Source: a virus
Strand: one strand, 5' to 3'
Length of the DNA: 64,000 nt
Virus record (IMG/VR): IMGVR_UViG_3300021961_000025
Shown here: positions 47,854 through 57,229 of the stretch, piece by piece
Layout of the letters: the number at the start of each line of letters is the position of its first letter
Numbering within the stretch: position 1 is the stretch's first letter
The notes under the pieces: generated by a model
The model's input: the letters and a program-made list of their open reading frames with translations, nothing else
Told to the model about the DNA's origin: nothing
Databases searched by the model: none
Program-made: the position numbers and the translations under genes

Positions 47854-49371
47854 ATGCCAACACAAATACAACTTAGACGTGGAACTGCGACACAAAACAA
47901 TGGCTTTACAGGTGCTGTTGGTGAAGTCACAGTAAACACTACGAATTATGCTCTACGTGTGCATGACGGATCCACACAAGGTGGCGTCGAACTTGCACTT
48001 AACGATTTAACAAACGTAAACACTTCTGCTGCTCTTAGCTTAGCAAGTATTACAACTACTGGTAATGTTGATGTTGGTGGCAATTTAACCGTAACTGGTA
48101 CTACAACTTTTAATGGTGGAACACTAACACTCGGTGATGCTGATACAGACAATGTTGTCTTCGGTGCCGACGTTCAATCAAGTATTATTCCTGATGCTGA
48201 CGATTCTTATGCATTAGGTACTTCTGCAAAGAAATGGTCTGATTTACATGTCGTTGATATTACTGCGACAGGAAATCAAACTATTGGTGGCACATTAGGT
48301 GTCAGCAATTTAGCAACACTTCATTCTTTATCTGTAACTAACAATGCCACTGTAAGTGGTAATGTTGAAGCAACTGGAAACTACCTATCTGCTGCAGGTA
48401 ATCTAACTTTAACTTCTGGTAATGCATCAATCGGTGGCACTTTAGGTGTTACTGGCGTATCTACGCTTGATAGTTTATCCGTAACAAATAACGCAACAGT
48501 TGGTGGAAGTTTAACCATCACTGGCGATTTACAAGTTGACGGAACAACAACTACTATTAACTCTACTACTTTAGACGTTGATGATATTAACATCACAGTT
48601 GCTAAAGGTGCTGCAAATGCTGCTGCTGCAAATGGTGCAGGTTTAACAGTAGATGGTGCTGACGCAACATTCACTTATACTTCTGCAGACGATCGTTGGA
48701 ATATTAATAAAGGTATGAACATCACAGGTGCTTTGGTACCTACAACTGATGTTACATACGACTTAGGTACTTCTTCACTACGTTGGAAAGATCTATACCT
48801 ATCAGGAAACACTATTGATTTAGGTGGAACAAAACTTTCACTAGATGCAAACTCTAACATCTCAGTTACAGATGGTAGTGGTAATCTTAAAAAATTAAAC
48901 GTAGAAGAATTAGAATTCGGTACAGGTGCGAACAAAAGACGTTTACGTATTCGTTCAGGCAAACTTCGTTTCGACGATGGTGACGACACTGACGAATCTG
49001 CGATTAAAGCAGACTTAATTAAAAACACTGCTGACGACTTAGCTGAAGGAACTACAAATCTTTACTACTCTGATGCAAAAGTTCAAACAAAATTAGCAAG
49101 TATTTCTGGTAACATCGTTCCAGATACAAATAATACTTATGATCTAGGTAGCGATACCAATCAATTTAGACACTTATACCTTTCTGGTTCCTCAATGTTT
49201 ATGGGTACTACAAGGGTTTCAATGCACGCTAATGGCTACTTAGTATTCAATGCTGATCATGCGAATAATTATCCATCATCAGCAGATTCTTCAGTAGCTA
49301 CATCAACTAACGGAATTGGGGCTACTTCAGGATTCGCTGTAGCAATGGCTATTGGTCTTGGGGGTATGTAA
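47854..49371 (+). CDS. Tail fibre with Mtd N-terminal-like domain
   Basis: MPTQIQLRRGT...FTGAVGEVTV.T....RVHDG..GG; repeated YDLG...W..LYLSG modules. Confidence 0.8.
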   Translation: MPTQIQLRRGTATQNNGFTGAVGEVTVNTTNYALRVHDGSTQGGVELALNDLTNVNTSAALSLASITTTGNVDVGGNLTVTGTTTFNGGTLTLGDADTDNVVFGADVQSSIIPDADDSYALGTSAKKWSDLHVVDITATGNQTIGGTLGVSNLATLHSLSVTNNATVSGNVEATGNYLSAAGNLTLTSGNASIGGTLGVTGVSTLDSLSVTNNATVGGSLTITGDLQVDGTTTTINSTTLDVDDINITVAKGAANAAAANGAGLTVDGADATFTYTSADDRWNINKGMNITGALVPTTDVTYDLGTSSLRWKDLYLSGNTIDLGGTKLSLDANSNISVTDGSGNLKKLNVEELEFGTGANKRRLRIRSGKLRFDDGDDTDESAIKADLIKNTADDLAEGTTNLYYSDAKVQTKLASISGNIVPDTNNTYDLGSDTNQFRHLYLSGSSMFMGTTRVSMHANGYLVFNADHANNYPSSADSSVATSTNGIGATSGFAVAMAIGLGGM

Positions 49372-50351
49372 TGGCAGTTACAACTCGCCAAGGACTTAAA
49401 GATTATGCCTTACGTGCACTTGGTGCACCTGTTATAGAAATTAACGTTGCTGAAGAGCAATTAGAAGACAGAATCGATGAGGCTCTAGACTATTTCAACA
49501 TCAATCACTGGGATGGTTCTGAAAGAGCATTCCTTCAACATAAAGTTGTTGGTTCAACACTAACATTCTCCTCTGGGTCAGGTACATCGTTTATAGATGG
49601 CGAAACGATTACAGGTAATACGTCAGGAGTATTCGGAGTAGTTCAAAAAAATACAAGAACTGCTACTACTCTACAGTACGATTACTCTAGAAAAATTACA
49701 AACAATTTAAAAGAAAAAGCACCTTTCGTAGTTGGCGAAACTGTCGTTGGTGCTTCATCTGCTGCAACTGCGATTATTGGAAGTATTACTTTAGGTGATA
49801 TTGAGAATCGTTACATTCCAATTCCAGATAGCACTTATGGTGTTAATAAAGTATTTTCTTTATACTCTGGTTCTTCTACTATGAAGAACATTTTTGATTT
49901 ACAGTATCAATTAAGATTAAATGATCTTTATGATTTAACTGCCACTTCAGTTGTTTATTATACGACTGTAATGAATCATCTACAAATGTTAGATACTCTA
50001 TTAAATGGTGCAGTATTGTATCGTTTCAATCGTCTATCAAATCGTTTATACATTGATATGGATTGGGGATTTGAAGCACAAGTAGGAGATTACATTTTAG
50101 TTGATACATATAAAGCAATGGATCCAGCTACATTCAATAGAGTGTATAATGAACCATGGCTAAAGAAATATGTAACAGCATTATTCAAAATGCAATGGGG
50201 AGCAAACCTTAAAAAGTTTAGTGGTTTATCTCTTCCAGGTGGTGTATCTATCGATGGCGATGGTATATACAACGAAGCAATGAATGAGAAAAATGCTTTA
50301 GAAGATGAATTAACAGGTAAGGCAGCACCATTAGAATTTTTTGTGGGGTAA
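49371..50351 (+). CDS. gp13: Neck protein gp13
   Basis: LRALGAPVIEINV..EQLEDRIDEAL, WLKKYVTALFK.QWG.NL.KF.G..LPGGV. Confidence 0.95.
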   Translation: MAVTTRQGLKDYALRALGAPVIEINVAEEQLEDRIDEALDYFNINHWDGSERAFLQHKVVGSTLTFSSGSGTSFIDGETITGNTSGVFGVVQKNTRTATTLQYDYSRKITNNLKEKAPFVVGETVVGASSAATAIIGSITLGDIENRYIPIPDSTYGVNKVFSLYSGSSTMKNIFDLQYQLRLNDLYDLTATSVVYYTTVMNHLQMLDTLLNGAVLYRFNRLSNRLYIDMDWGFEAQVGDYILVDTYKAMDPATFNRVYNEPWLKKYVTALFKMQWGANLKKFSGLSLPGGVSIDGDGIYNEAMNEKNALEDELTGKAAPLEFFVG

Positions 50352-50354
50352 ACG

Positions 50355-51515
50355 ATGTCAGGACGTAATACTTACATCGGACAGGGAAACACCTCCGAAC
50401 AGAATTTATTGGAAGACTTAATCATTGAAAGTCTTTCAATTTATGGACAAACTTTATATTACCTACCAAGACAGTATGTAAATAAAGATATTATTCTTGG
50501 CGAGGATACGCTAAGCAAATTTATTAATGCTTATCCTATCGAAATGTATTTTGAGAACGTTTCTCAATTCGATGGACAAGGTCCATTTTTACAAAAGTTT
50601 GGATTGTTTATGGAACAATCCGCAAACCTCACTGTAAGTCGTCGTAGATGGCAACAGTTAGTTGGACAATACGGAAATACATTTGTTCCTAATCGTCCAA
50701 ACGAGGGAGATTTACTTTACTTTCCATTGACTAAAGGTTTGTTTGAAATTAAGTTTGTTCAACATCAAGATCCTTTTTATCAATTAGGAAAGTTATACGT
50801 TTATAAATTACAAGTTGAATTGTTCCAGTATGCTAGTGAGAAGATCGATACAGGTATTGCTGAGATTGATGCGTTTGAAACATTGAAAACGTTTACGACA
50901 GATCCTACTAGAACAAATGCTATGTTTGTTGATAGTATTACTGTTACCAATGTAGGTAAAGGTTATACTACTACACCAACATTAACATTTACTGGTGGTG
51001 ATTTTAAAACTGCAGCAACTGGTACTTTAACAATAGATACGTTGATTAATTCAGGTAAGATTAATGGAGTTAATTTGACAGCGACAGGTTCAGGATATAA
51101 ATCTGCACCAACGCTAACCATTTCGGCTCCGACAGGCACACAGGCTACAGCAACAGCGAATCTTGTTGGCGATACAATTGGAACTATTTCGATTGTTAAT
51201 GCTGGAAGATTCTATAAAACTGGTACGACAGTAACGATTGGTGGAACTGGTTCAGGTGCAACAGCAACTGCGACTATTTCTTCAACTGGTATTATTGAAG
51301 CGATTGTTGTAACAAATCCTGGAAGTGGATATACAAGTGCAACAGTTACTATCTCTGCTCCGAACGATTTGATACAAGCTACAGCGACTGCGGAGATTGA
51401 CCTAAATATAGATGCACAGGGTGGTTATGCTGACAATACTGCTCTTAAAGTTGAGCGTACTCACGATGGTAAACGTGTGGCATGGTCTGAAGATAATCCG
51501 TTTGGAGACTTTTAA
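50355..51515 (+). CDS. gp14: Neck protein gp14 with inserted Gly/Thr-rich repeats
   Basis: EQNLLEDLIIESL.IYG, PIEMYF, RPNEGDLLYFP, FEIKFVQH..PFYQLGK, ends NPFGDF. Confidence 0.93.
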   Translation: MSGRNTYIGQGNTSEQNLLEDLIIESLSIYGQTLYYLPRQYVNKDIILGEDTLSKFINAYPIEMYFENVSQFDGQGPFLQKFGLFMEQSANLTVSRRRWQQLVGQYGNTFVPNRPNEGDLLYFPLTKGLFEIKFVQHQDPFYQLGKLYVYKLQVELFQYASEKIDTGIAEIDAFETLKTFTTDPTRTNAMFVDSITVTNVGKGYTTTPTLTFTGGDFKTAATGTLTIDTLINSGKINGVNLTATGSGYKSAPTLTISAPTGTQATATANLVGDTIGTISIVNAGRFYKTGTTVTIGGTGSGATATATISSTGIIEAIVVTNPGSGYTSATVTISAPNDLIQATATAEIDLNIDAQGGYADNTALKVERTHDGKRVAWSEDNPFGDF

Positions 51516-52255
51516 TGTTAAACCATGCACCATTTTATCACGAAACTATAAGAAACGTTATTGTTGGTTTCGGCAAGATGTTTTCGGACATCAAGATACA
51601 AAGAATTAAAGATTCTACTGGACAAGTAGAGCAAGAGATTGCAGTACCAATTGCATATGCTCCAAAAGAAAAGTGGATTCAACGTGTAGAACAAGATCCT
51701 AATTTAGATGACGGAATCACCTACACTACTTTACCTCGTCTTTCTTTTGAAATGACTGGTATGAGTTACGATCCATTACGTCGTTTAAATAGATTAGCAT
51801 CTATTCAAAAAAGCACGACTACTGGTAGAGATAAAATTTGGGCACCAGTGCCATATAACATTGATATTGCGTTATATGCATTGACTAAGACTACGGAAGA
51901 TGGTTTACAAATTGTTGAGCAAATCGTTCCGTATTTTACACCAGAGTTTACAATGTCTGTTCAAGGAATGAGAAGTCCTTTAGATATTGTAACTGATGTG
52001 CCAGTGATTTTAAACAGTGTCTCATTTGTAGATGACTACGATGGAACATTTGAAATAAGAAGATTTGTTACTTGGACACTAAACTTTACTTTGAAAATTA
52101 ATCTATTTGCAGGTGCAGACGATAGTGGAAAAGTTATAACAAAAACATTAGTAGACTTAGGTAATCCAGACGAACAACATGAATCAAGAGGAAACCTAAA
52201 TAACTTTGAGATAACCGATAATGGATGGACTGCAACCTTTAAAGCAGATTCATAG
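51515..52255 (+). CDS. gp15: Tail sheath stabilizer/terminator gp15
   Basis: FYHETIR..IVGFG.MF, VPIAYAPKEK, LPRLSFEM, PVPYN, QIVEQIVPYF.P. Confidence 0.95.
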   Translation: MLNHAPFYHETIRNVIVGFGKMFSDIKIQRIKDSTGQVEQEIAVPIAYAPKEKWIQRVEQDPNLDDGITYTTLPRLSFEMTGMSYDPLRRLNRLASIQKSTTTGRDKIWAPVPYNIDIALYALTKTTEDGLQIVEQIVPYFTPEFTMSVQGMRSPLDIVTDVPVILNSVSFVDDYDGTFEIRRFVTWTLNFTLKINLFAGADDSGKVITKTLVDLGNPDEQHESRGNLNNFEITDNGWTATFKADS

Positions 52256-52265
52256 GAGATAATAA

Positions 52266-53201
52266 ATGGCAAAACAGGTACTTAATATTGGACTTACGCC
52301 CAACGATGGCACAGGGGATACTCTGCGTATTGGTGGCGATAAGATACAGGATAACTTTGATGATCTTTACCTTGCTTTAGGTGCAGGAACTTCAGCAACT
52401 GGTTCTGTTAAAATCGCTATTCCAGACACAGGTAATACTACTGGACAAGTTCTAAAATATGACGGAACAAATTATGTTCCATCATCAGACATTAACACAA
52501 ACACAACTTACGCTGTCAGTGCAGAAACTGATGCAGGTGGAGTAAACATTCGTCTTTCAGGTAGCGATGCTACTACGGATGATGTATTACTGGTTCCTGG
52601 AACTGGTTTAACTATTGTACGTACAACCGATAGCGAAATTACTTTTACAAACACAGTTTCAAATACAACTTACAACGTTTCAGTTGAATCAATTGTAGCT
52701 GGTACAAAGACTTTACGTCTAACAGGTTCTAATGCTACTATTGATGATATTACTGTTACACAAGGTACTGGTATTACATTAAGTTCAGCATCAACGTCAG
52801 AAATGACAATTACTGCTGCAATGCATAAAGTAAACGATCAAACTGGTGAAGTATGGACTTATCCTTACTATCAATTTGGTGGTGCTGGTCCAACTGACTA
52901 TACAGTTTATGGAGATGGTTTCCCAACAGCTGGTGTTGCCGATCCAGACATCTACGTATATCGTGGACATACTTACAGATTTAAAAATTTAATTCCATCT
53001 GAAGTCGTAGAGATTTTAGATTCATCCAATGCGCAACCTGCTGCTGATTATATTTCTTCAACTGGTGCAGTGCGTAACGAAGCAGACCAAGACGAATATA
53101 TTTTATTTAAAATACCACAAAACGCTACTCCAGGAAATGCATTTAAATATAGATCTAAATCAAATCCAGGATCAATGTTAGGTAACATTGTTGTAGTCTA
53201 A
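52266..53201 (+). CDS. Structural protein with gp9/gp10-like N-terminus and cupredoxin-like C-terminus
   Basis: MAKQVLNIG..PNDGTGDTLR.GG.KI..NF..LY; C-terminal YVYRGHTYRF...SMLGNIVVV. Confidence 0.7.
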   Translation: MAKQVLNIGLTPNDGTGDTLRIGGDKIQDNFDDLYLALGAGTSATGSVKIAIPDTGNTTGQVLKYDGTNYVPSSDINTNTTYAVSAETDAGGVNIRLSGSDATTDDVLLVPGTGLTIVRTTDSEITFTNTVSNTTYNVSVESIVAGTKTLRLTGSNATIDDITVTQGTGITLSSASTSEMTITAAMHKVNDQTGEVWTYPYYQFGGAGPTDYTVYGDGFPTAGVADPDIYVYRGHTYRFKNLIPSEVVEILDSSNAQPAADYISSTGAVRNEADQDEYILFKIPQNATPGNAFKYRSKSNPGSMLGNIVVV

Positions 53202-53215
53202 ACTAGGATGAATAA

Positions 53216-54802
53216 GTGGCTCAATTTTATAATGCAAACTATAACTTAAAAGCATCTGGTGTCCCTGTTCAATATACACCTGAGCAGGTTAAAGAATACA
53301 TTAAATGTAAAGGCAATCCAATTTACTTTATTGAGAACTACTGTCAAATTGTATCTCTTGATAAAGGTTTAGTTCCCTTTAAGTTATATGATTGTCAAAG
53401 AGAAAAAGTAAAATTAATTACTGAGAGTCGTAAAGTGATTCTCATGGAAGGTAGACAGCAGGGTAAAACGATTACCTCTGCTGCATGCATATTACATTAT
53501 ACAATTTTTAATGATAACGTGACTGTGGCTGTTCTTGCCAACAAAGCAACTGCAGCAAGAGAAGTTTTAAGTCGTTATCAATTAATGTATGAGCATCTAC
53601 CTCAATGGTTACAACAAGGTGTTACAACTTGGAATAAGGGTGACATTGAATTAGAAAATGGTAGTAAGGTATTTACTGCTGCTACTTCTAGTTCTGCTAT
53701 TCGTGGTAAGTCAGTTAACTGGCTATATGTGGATGAGGCTGCAATTATTCCGAATACGATTGCTGATGAGTTTTTTACTTCAGTATATCCTACAATTTCT
53801 GCTGGTGAAACTACCAAGATTTTGTTAAGTTCTACGCCTATGGGGTATAATCACTTCTGGAAGTTTTGGAGTGATGCGGAACAAGGATTAAACGGATTTA
53901 AGACACTATTCATTCCTTACAATAAGATTCCTGGAAGAGATGAAAAGTGGGCTGAGCAACAGAGATCTCTGTTAGGTGAATTAAAGTTTAACCAAGAAGT
54001 ATTATGTCAGTTTCTTGGTTCTAGTTTAACTTTAATCAATGGTAATGCTTTAGGGCAAATGGCTCCAAAAGCATTTATCAAACAAATGGATGGTCTAGAC
54101 ATTCTTGCTGAGCCAAAAGAACGTAACATATATTACATTGTTGCAGACGTCAGCAAAGGTTTAAATGGTGACTATTCTGCGTTTACGGTAATTGATACTA
54201 CGAAAGTACCTTTTGAAGTCGTAGCGAAGTACCGAAGTAATAAAGTAAGTCCAATGCTCTTTCCTAGCATTATTGCAAAGGTAGCAAAGGAATATAATAT
54301 GGCATTTGTGTTGATTGAGGTGAACATTAGCGACCAAGTAGCATATATCCTATATAATGAGATAGAATACGAAAATATGATTTTTGTTTCTAAAACTTCA
54401 AAAGGACAGAGAATCTCTAGTGGTTTTGGAAGCAGTAATTCGCAATTGGGAGTAATAACCGACAAAAGAGTTAAGAGGATAGGTTGTTCTCAGTTGAAAC
54501 AATTGATAGAAGAGAAGAAACTTCTAGTTCAAGATGTTGATATTATAAGTGAATTATCAACATTTATAGAAAAACGAGGATCGTTTGCAGCCGACGAGGG
54601 CTATCATGACGATCTTGCAATGACATTAGTATTGTTCGGATGGTTGACTTCGGATCCCTACTTTAAGGATTACAACGACGTTAATCTACGACAGGAGATG
54701 TATGAGAGCCAAATGAAGCAGATCGAAGACGAACTGACTCCCTTTGGGTTTTATGACGATGGAACGAGCGAGCATGATGACAAGAAATTGCTCAACTTCT
54801 AA
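53216..54802 (+). CDS. gp17: Terminase large subunit gp17
   Basis: RQQGKT Walker A, LYVDEAA Walker B, SSTPMG, DVSKG..DYSAF, HDDLAM. Confidence 0.97.
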   Translation: MAQFYNANYNLKASGVPVQYTPEQVKEYIKCKGNPIYFIENYCQIVSLDKGLVPFKLYDCQREKVKLITESRKVILMEGRQQGKTITSAACILHYTIFNDNVTVAVLANKATAAREVLSRYQLMYEHLPQWLQQGVTTWNKGDIELENGSKVFTAATSSSAIRGKSVNWLYVDEAAIIPNTIADEFFTSVYPTISAGETTKILLSSTPMGYNHFWKFWSDAEQGLNGFKTLFIPYNKIPGRDEKWAEQQRSLLGELKFNQEVLCQFLGSSLTLINGNALGQMAPKAFIKQMDGLDILAEPKERNIYYIVADVSKGLNGDYSAFTVIDTTKVPFEVVAKYRSNKVSPMLFPSIIAKVAKEYNMAFVLIEVNISDQVAYILYNEIEYENMIFVSKTSKGQRISSGFGSSNSQLGVITDKRVKRIGCSQLKQLIEEKKLLVQDVDIISELSTFIEKRGSFAADEGYHDDLAMTLVLFGWLTSDPYFKDYNDVNLRQEMYESQMKQIEDELTPFGFYDDGTSEHDDKKLLNF

Positions 54803-54820
54803 TCCTGAAAACTTGATTTT

Positions 54821-54828
54821 CATAAATA
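54821..54828 (+). promoter_or_regulatory. Late promoter for gp18 (CATAAATA)
   Basis: T4-type TATAAATA variant in the intergenic gap. Confidence 0.7.
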
Positions 54829-54889
54829 TAACGTATGAATGTGCTCCTCAGCATCATCATAACATGTCCATGTAATAAGGAGAATTAAA

Positions 54890-56584
54890 ATGGCATTCCA
54901 ACTTAGTCCTGGAGTAGTTGTAAAAGAGAAAGATTTCTCTACAATCGTACCTGCTGTTGCAACATCAGCTGGTGCTTTCGTAGGTAAGTTCGGATGGGGT
55001 CCAATTGACGACGTAGTACAGATCGTTTCAGAAAACAATCTAGTAGAACGTTTCGGATCACCTGACGATAATAACTTTGAATCTTTCTTCACTGCAGCAA
55101 ACTTCCTATCTTATGCAAATAACTTATTAGTAGTACGTGCAGATTCCACAGATGCAAAAAACGCTGTTGTTTCTGGTACTGCAGTTAAAATCAAAAATGC
55201 TGACGATTATGTAGCAACCTATTCAAATGGTGCTGCTAGCGTCGGTGAGTTCGCAGCAAAATGGGCTGGTACTCGTGGTAATTCATTAAAAGTTTCAATG
55301 TCGGATGCTTCAACGCATGCGACTTGGGTTTACAAAGATGAATTCGAACGTGCTCCTAGCACTTCTGCTTGGGCGACTCAAAATAATGCTACAAACGATG
55401 AAGTGCACGTAATCGTCATTGACGAAGATGGCGCATTTACTGGCGTTGCTGGCACTATTCTAGAAAAATTCGCACACGTTTCTAAAGCATCAGGTGCAAA
55501 GAAATTTGACGGATCAAATAATTACTACAAAGACGTAATCAACAGTCAATCAAGATATGTTTGGTGGATGGATCATCCTACTGGAGCAGGTAATAGTTCT
55601 GCTTTAGCATGGGGTGCTGCTGTTTCTGCTGGAGCATACGATGATATGGCTGCTGTAGTTACTGCATCTATGACTGGTGGTGTTGATGGTTATTCAGCAA
55701 TCACTGCTGGTGACATCCAAGATGGCTTAGCACTATTTGCTAATGATGAGTTATATGACATCTCATTAGTAATGATGGGTAAAGCAAGTGCAGTTAACTC
55801 AACTTACGCAATTAACAATATCGCTGAAGTTCGTAAAGACTGTATGGTATTCGCTTCACCAGAAACTTCTACAGGTGATGTAATCACTACTGCTAGTTCT
55901 ACTGCTGTAGCTGATATAATTACTTACCGTAATGCATTACCATCTACTTCTTACGCAGTTTGTGATACTGGTTCTAAGTATCAATACGACAGATACAATG
56001 ACAAATACAGATATGTTCCATTAAATGGTGACGTAGCTGGTCTATGTGCTCGTACTGATTACGCTCAAGATCCATGGTATTCACCTGCTGGTGCTTCACG
56101 TGGTCAAATCAAAAATGTAGTTAAACTAGCTTTCAGTCCAAATAAAACTGAACGTGATACATTGTATCAAGCTGGTGTAAACCCTGTGGTAACATTCCCA
56201 GGACAAGGCACTCAGTTGTTTGGTGATAAAACTCTATTGAATGCTCCTAGTGCATTTGATCGTATTAACGTTAGACGTTTATTCATCGTTCTAGAAAAAG
56301 CAATTGCTATTGCTGCAAAAGCACAGTTGTTTGAATTCAATGATGCATTTACTCGTCAACAGTTTAAAAACGCAGTTGAACCTTTCTTAAGAGATGTTCA
56401 AGGACGTCGTGGTGTAACTGACTTCCGTGTAGTTTGTGACGAAACAAACAACACATCAGAAGTTATCGATCGCAACGAGTTTGCTGCTGATATCTTTATT
56501 AAACCAAATCGTTCAATCAACTTCATCAACCTTACATTCGTTGCTGCTCGTAGTGGTGTAAACTTCGATGAAATTGGTGGATAA
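54890..56584 (+). CDS. gp18: Tail sheath protein gp18
   Basis: LSPGVVVKEKD, PWYSPAG..RG, FGDKT, FDRINVRRLF, FEFND, IKPNRSINFI. Confidence 0.97.
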   Translation: MAFQLSPGVVVKEKDFSTIVPAVATSAGAFVGKFGWGPIDDVVQIVSENNLVERFGSPDDNNFESFFTAANFLSYANNLLVVRADSTDAKNAVVSGTAVKIKNADDYVATYSNGAASVGEFAAKWAGTRGNSLKVSMSDASTHATWVYKDEFERAPSTSAWATQNNATNDEVHVIVIDEDGAFTGVAGTILEKFAHVSKASGAKKFDGSNNYYKDVINSQSRYVWWMDHPTGAGNSSALAWGAAVSAGAYDDMAAVVTASMTGGVDGYSAITAGDIQDGLALFANDELYDISLVMMGKASAVNSTYAINNIAEVRKDCMVFASPETSTGDVITTASSTAVADIITYRNALPSTSYAVCDTGSKYQYDRYNDKYRYVPLNGDVAGLCARTDYAQDPWYSPAGASRGQIKNVVKLAFSPNKTERDTLYQAGVNPVVTFPGQGTQLFGDKTLLNAPSAFDRINVRRLFIVLEKAIAIAAKAQLFEFNDAFTRQQFKNAVEPFLRDVQGRRGVTDFRVVCDETNNTSEVIDRNEFAADIFIKPNRSINFINLTFVAARSGVNFDEIGG

Positions 56585-56608
56585 ATAGAAGGATAGGAGA
56601 AAAATAAA

Positions 56609-57202
56609 ATGGCAAATATTGCAGATTTTAAAGCACACTTGATTGGTGGGGGCGCAAGACCCAATCAGTTCCGTGTTGAGTTATCCTTTCCAGGTTACGT
56701 CACAGCTGGTATCGTGGCAGCAGCACAAGGGCAATTTTTATGTAAATCAGCACAGTTACCTGCATCTACTATTGAGAACTTAGCAGTTCAATATCGTGGT
56801 CGTGCAGTAAACTTTGCAGGTGAGCGTACTTTTGCTACTTGGACAGTTGCTATCTACAATGACACTAGCTTTAACATTCGTAACGCAATGGAAAGATGGT
56901 CAAATGGTATTCAAAATTACACAACTACAAATGGTCGTGTAAATCCAAATGATTACCAAGTAGACATGAATGTAAGACAATTGGATCGTAATGGTGCAAT
57001 TGTGAAGTCTTACAAGTTTGTTGACGCATATCCGATCTCTATTGGACCAGTCCAATTAGATTACGATACTACTAACGCACTTGAGACTTTTGACGTAGAG
57101 TTCCAGTTCAACTACTTTGAGAGTGATACTGCTACATCTACTGGTGTTGGCGTGAACGTTTCGATCGATACTCCGATCGGATCTTTCCCAATCAACATCT
57201 AA
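56609..57202 (+). CDS. gp19: Tail tube protein gp19
   Basis: GGGARPNQFRV, LPAST, AGERTF..WT, QLDRNG, AYP. Confidence 0.95.
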   Translation: MANIADFKAHLIGGGARPNQFRVELSFPGYVTAGIVAAAQGQFLCKSAQLPASTIENLAVQYRGRAVNFAGERTFATWTVAIYNDTSFNIRNAMERWSNGIQNYTTTNGRVNPNDYQVDMNVRQLDRNGAIVKSYKFVDAYPISIGPVQLDYDTTNALETFDVEFQFNYFESDTATSTGVGVNVSIDTPIGSFPINI

Positions 57203-57229
57203 TAATTAAATAATAATTGAGGAGTTGTA

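Noticed and set aside
10320-48674. Numerous short antisense or alternate-frame ORFs inside long structural genes (e.g. 13940-14296, 24613-24942, 46284-46724)
   Set aside because: Explained by codon bias of the sense genes; no SD, promoter or motif support
47854-49371. Diversity-generating retroelement suggested by the Mtd-like N-terminus
   Set aside because: No reverse transcriptase, no C-terminal lectin variable region and no TR/VR repeat pair seen in the window
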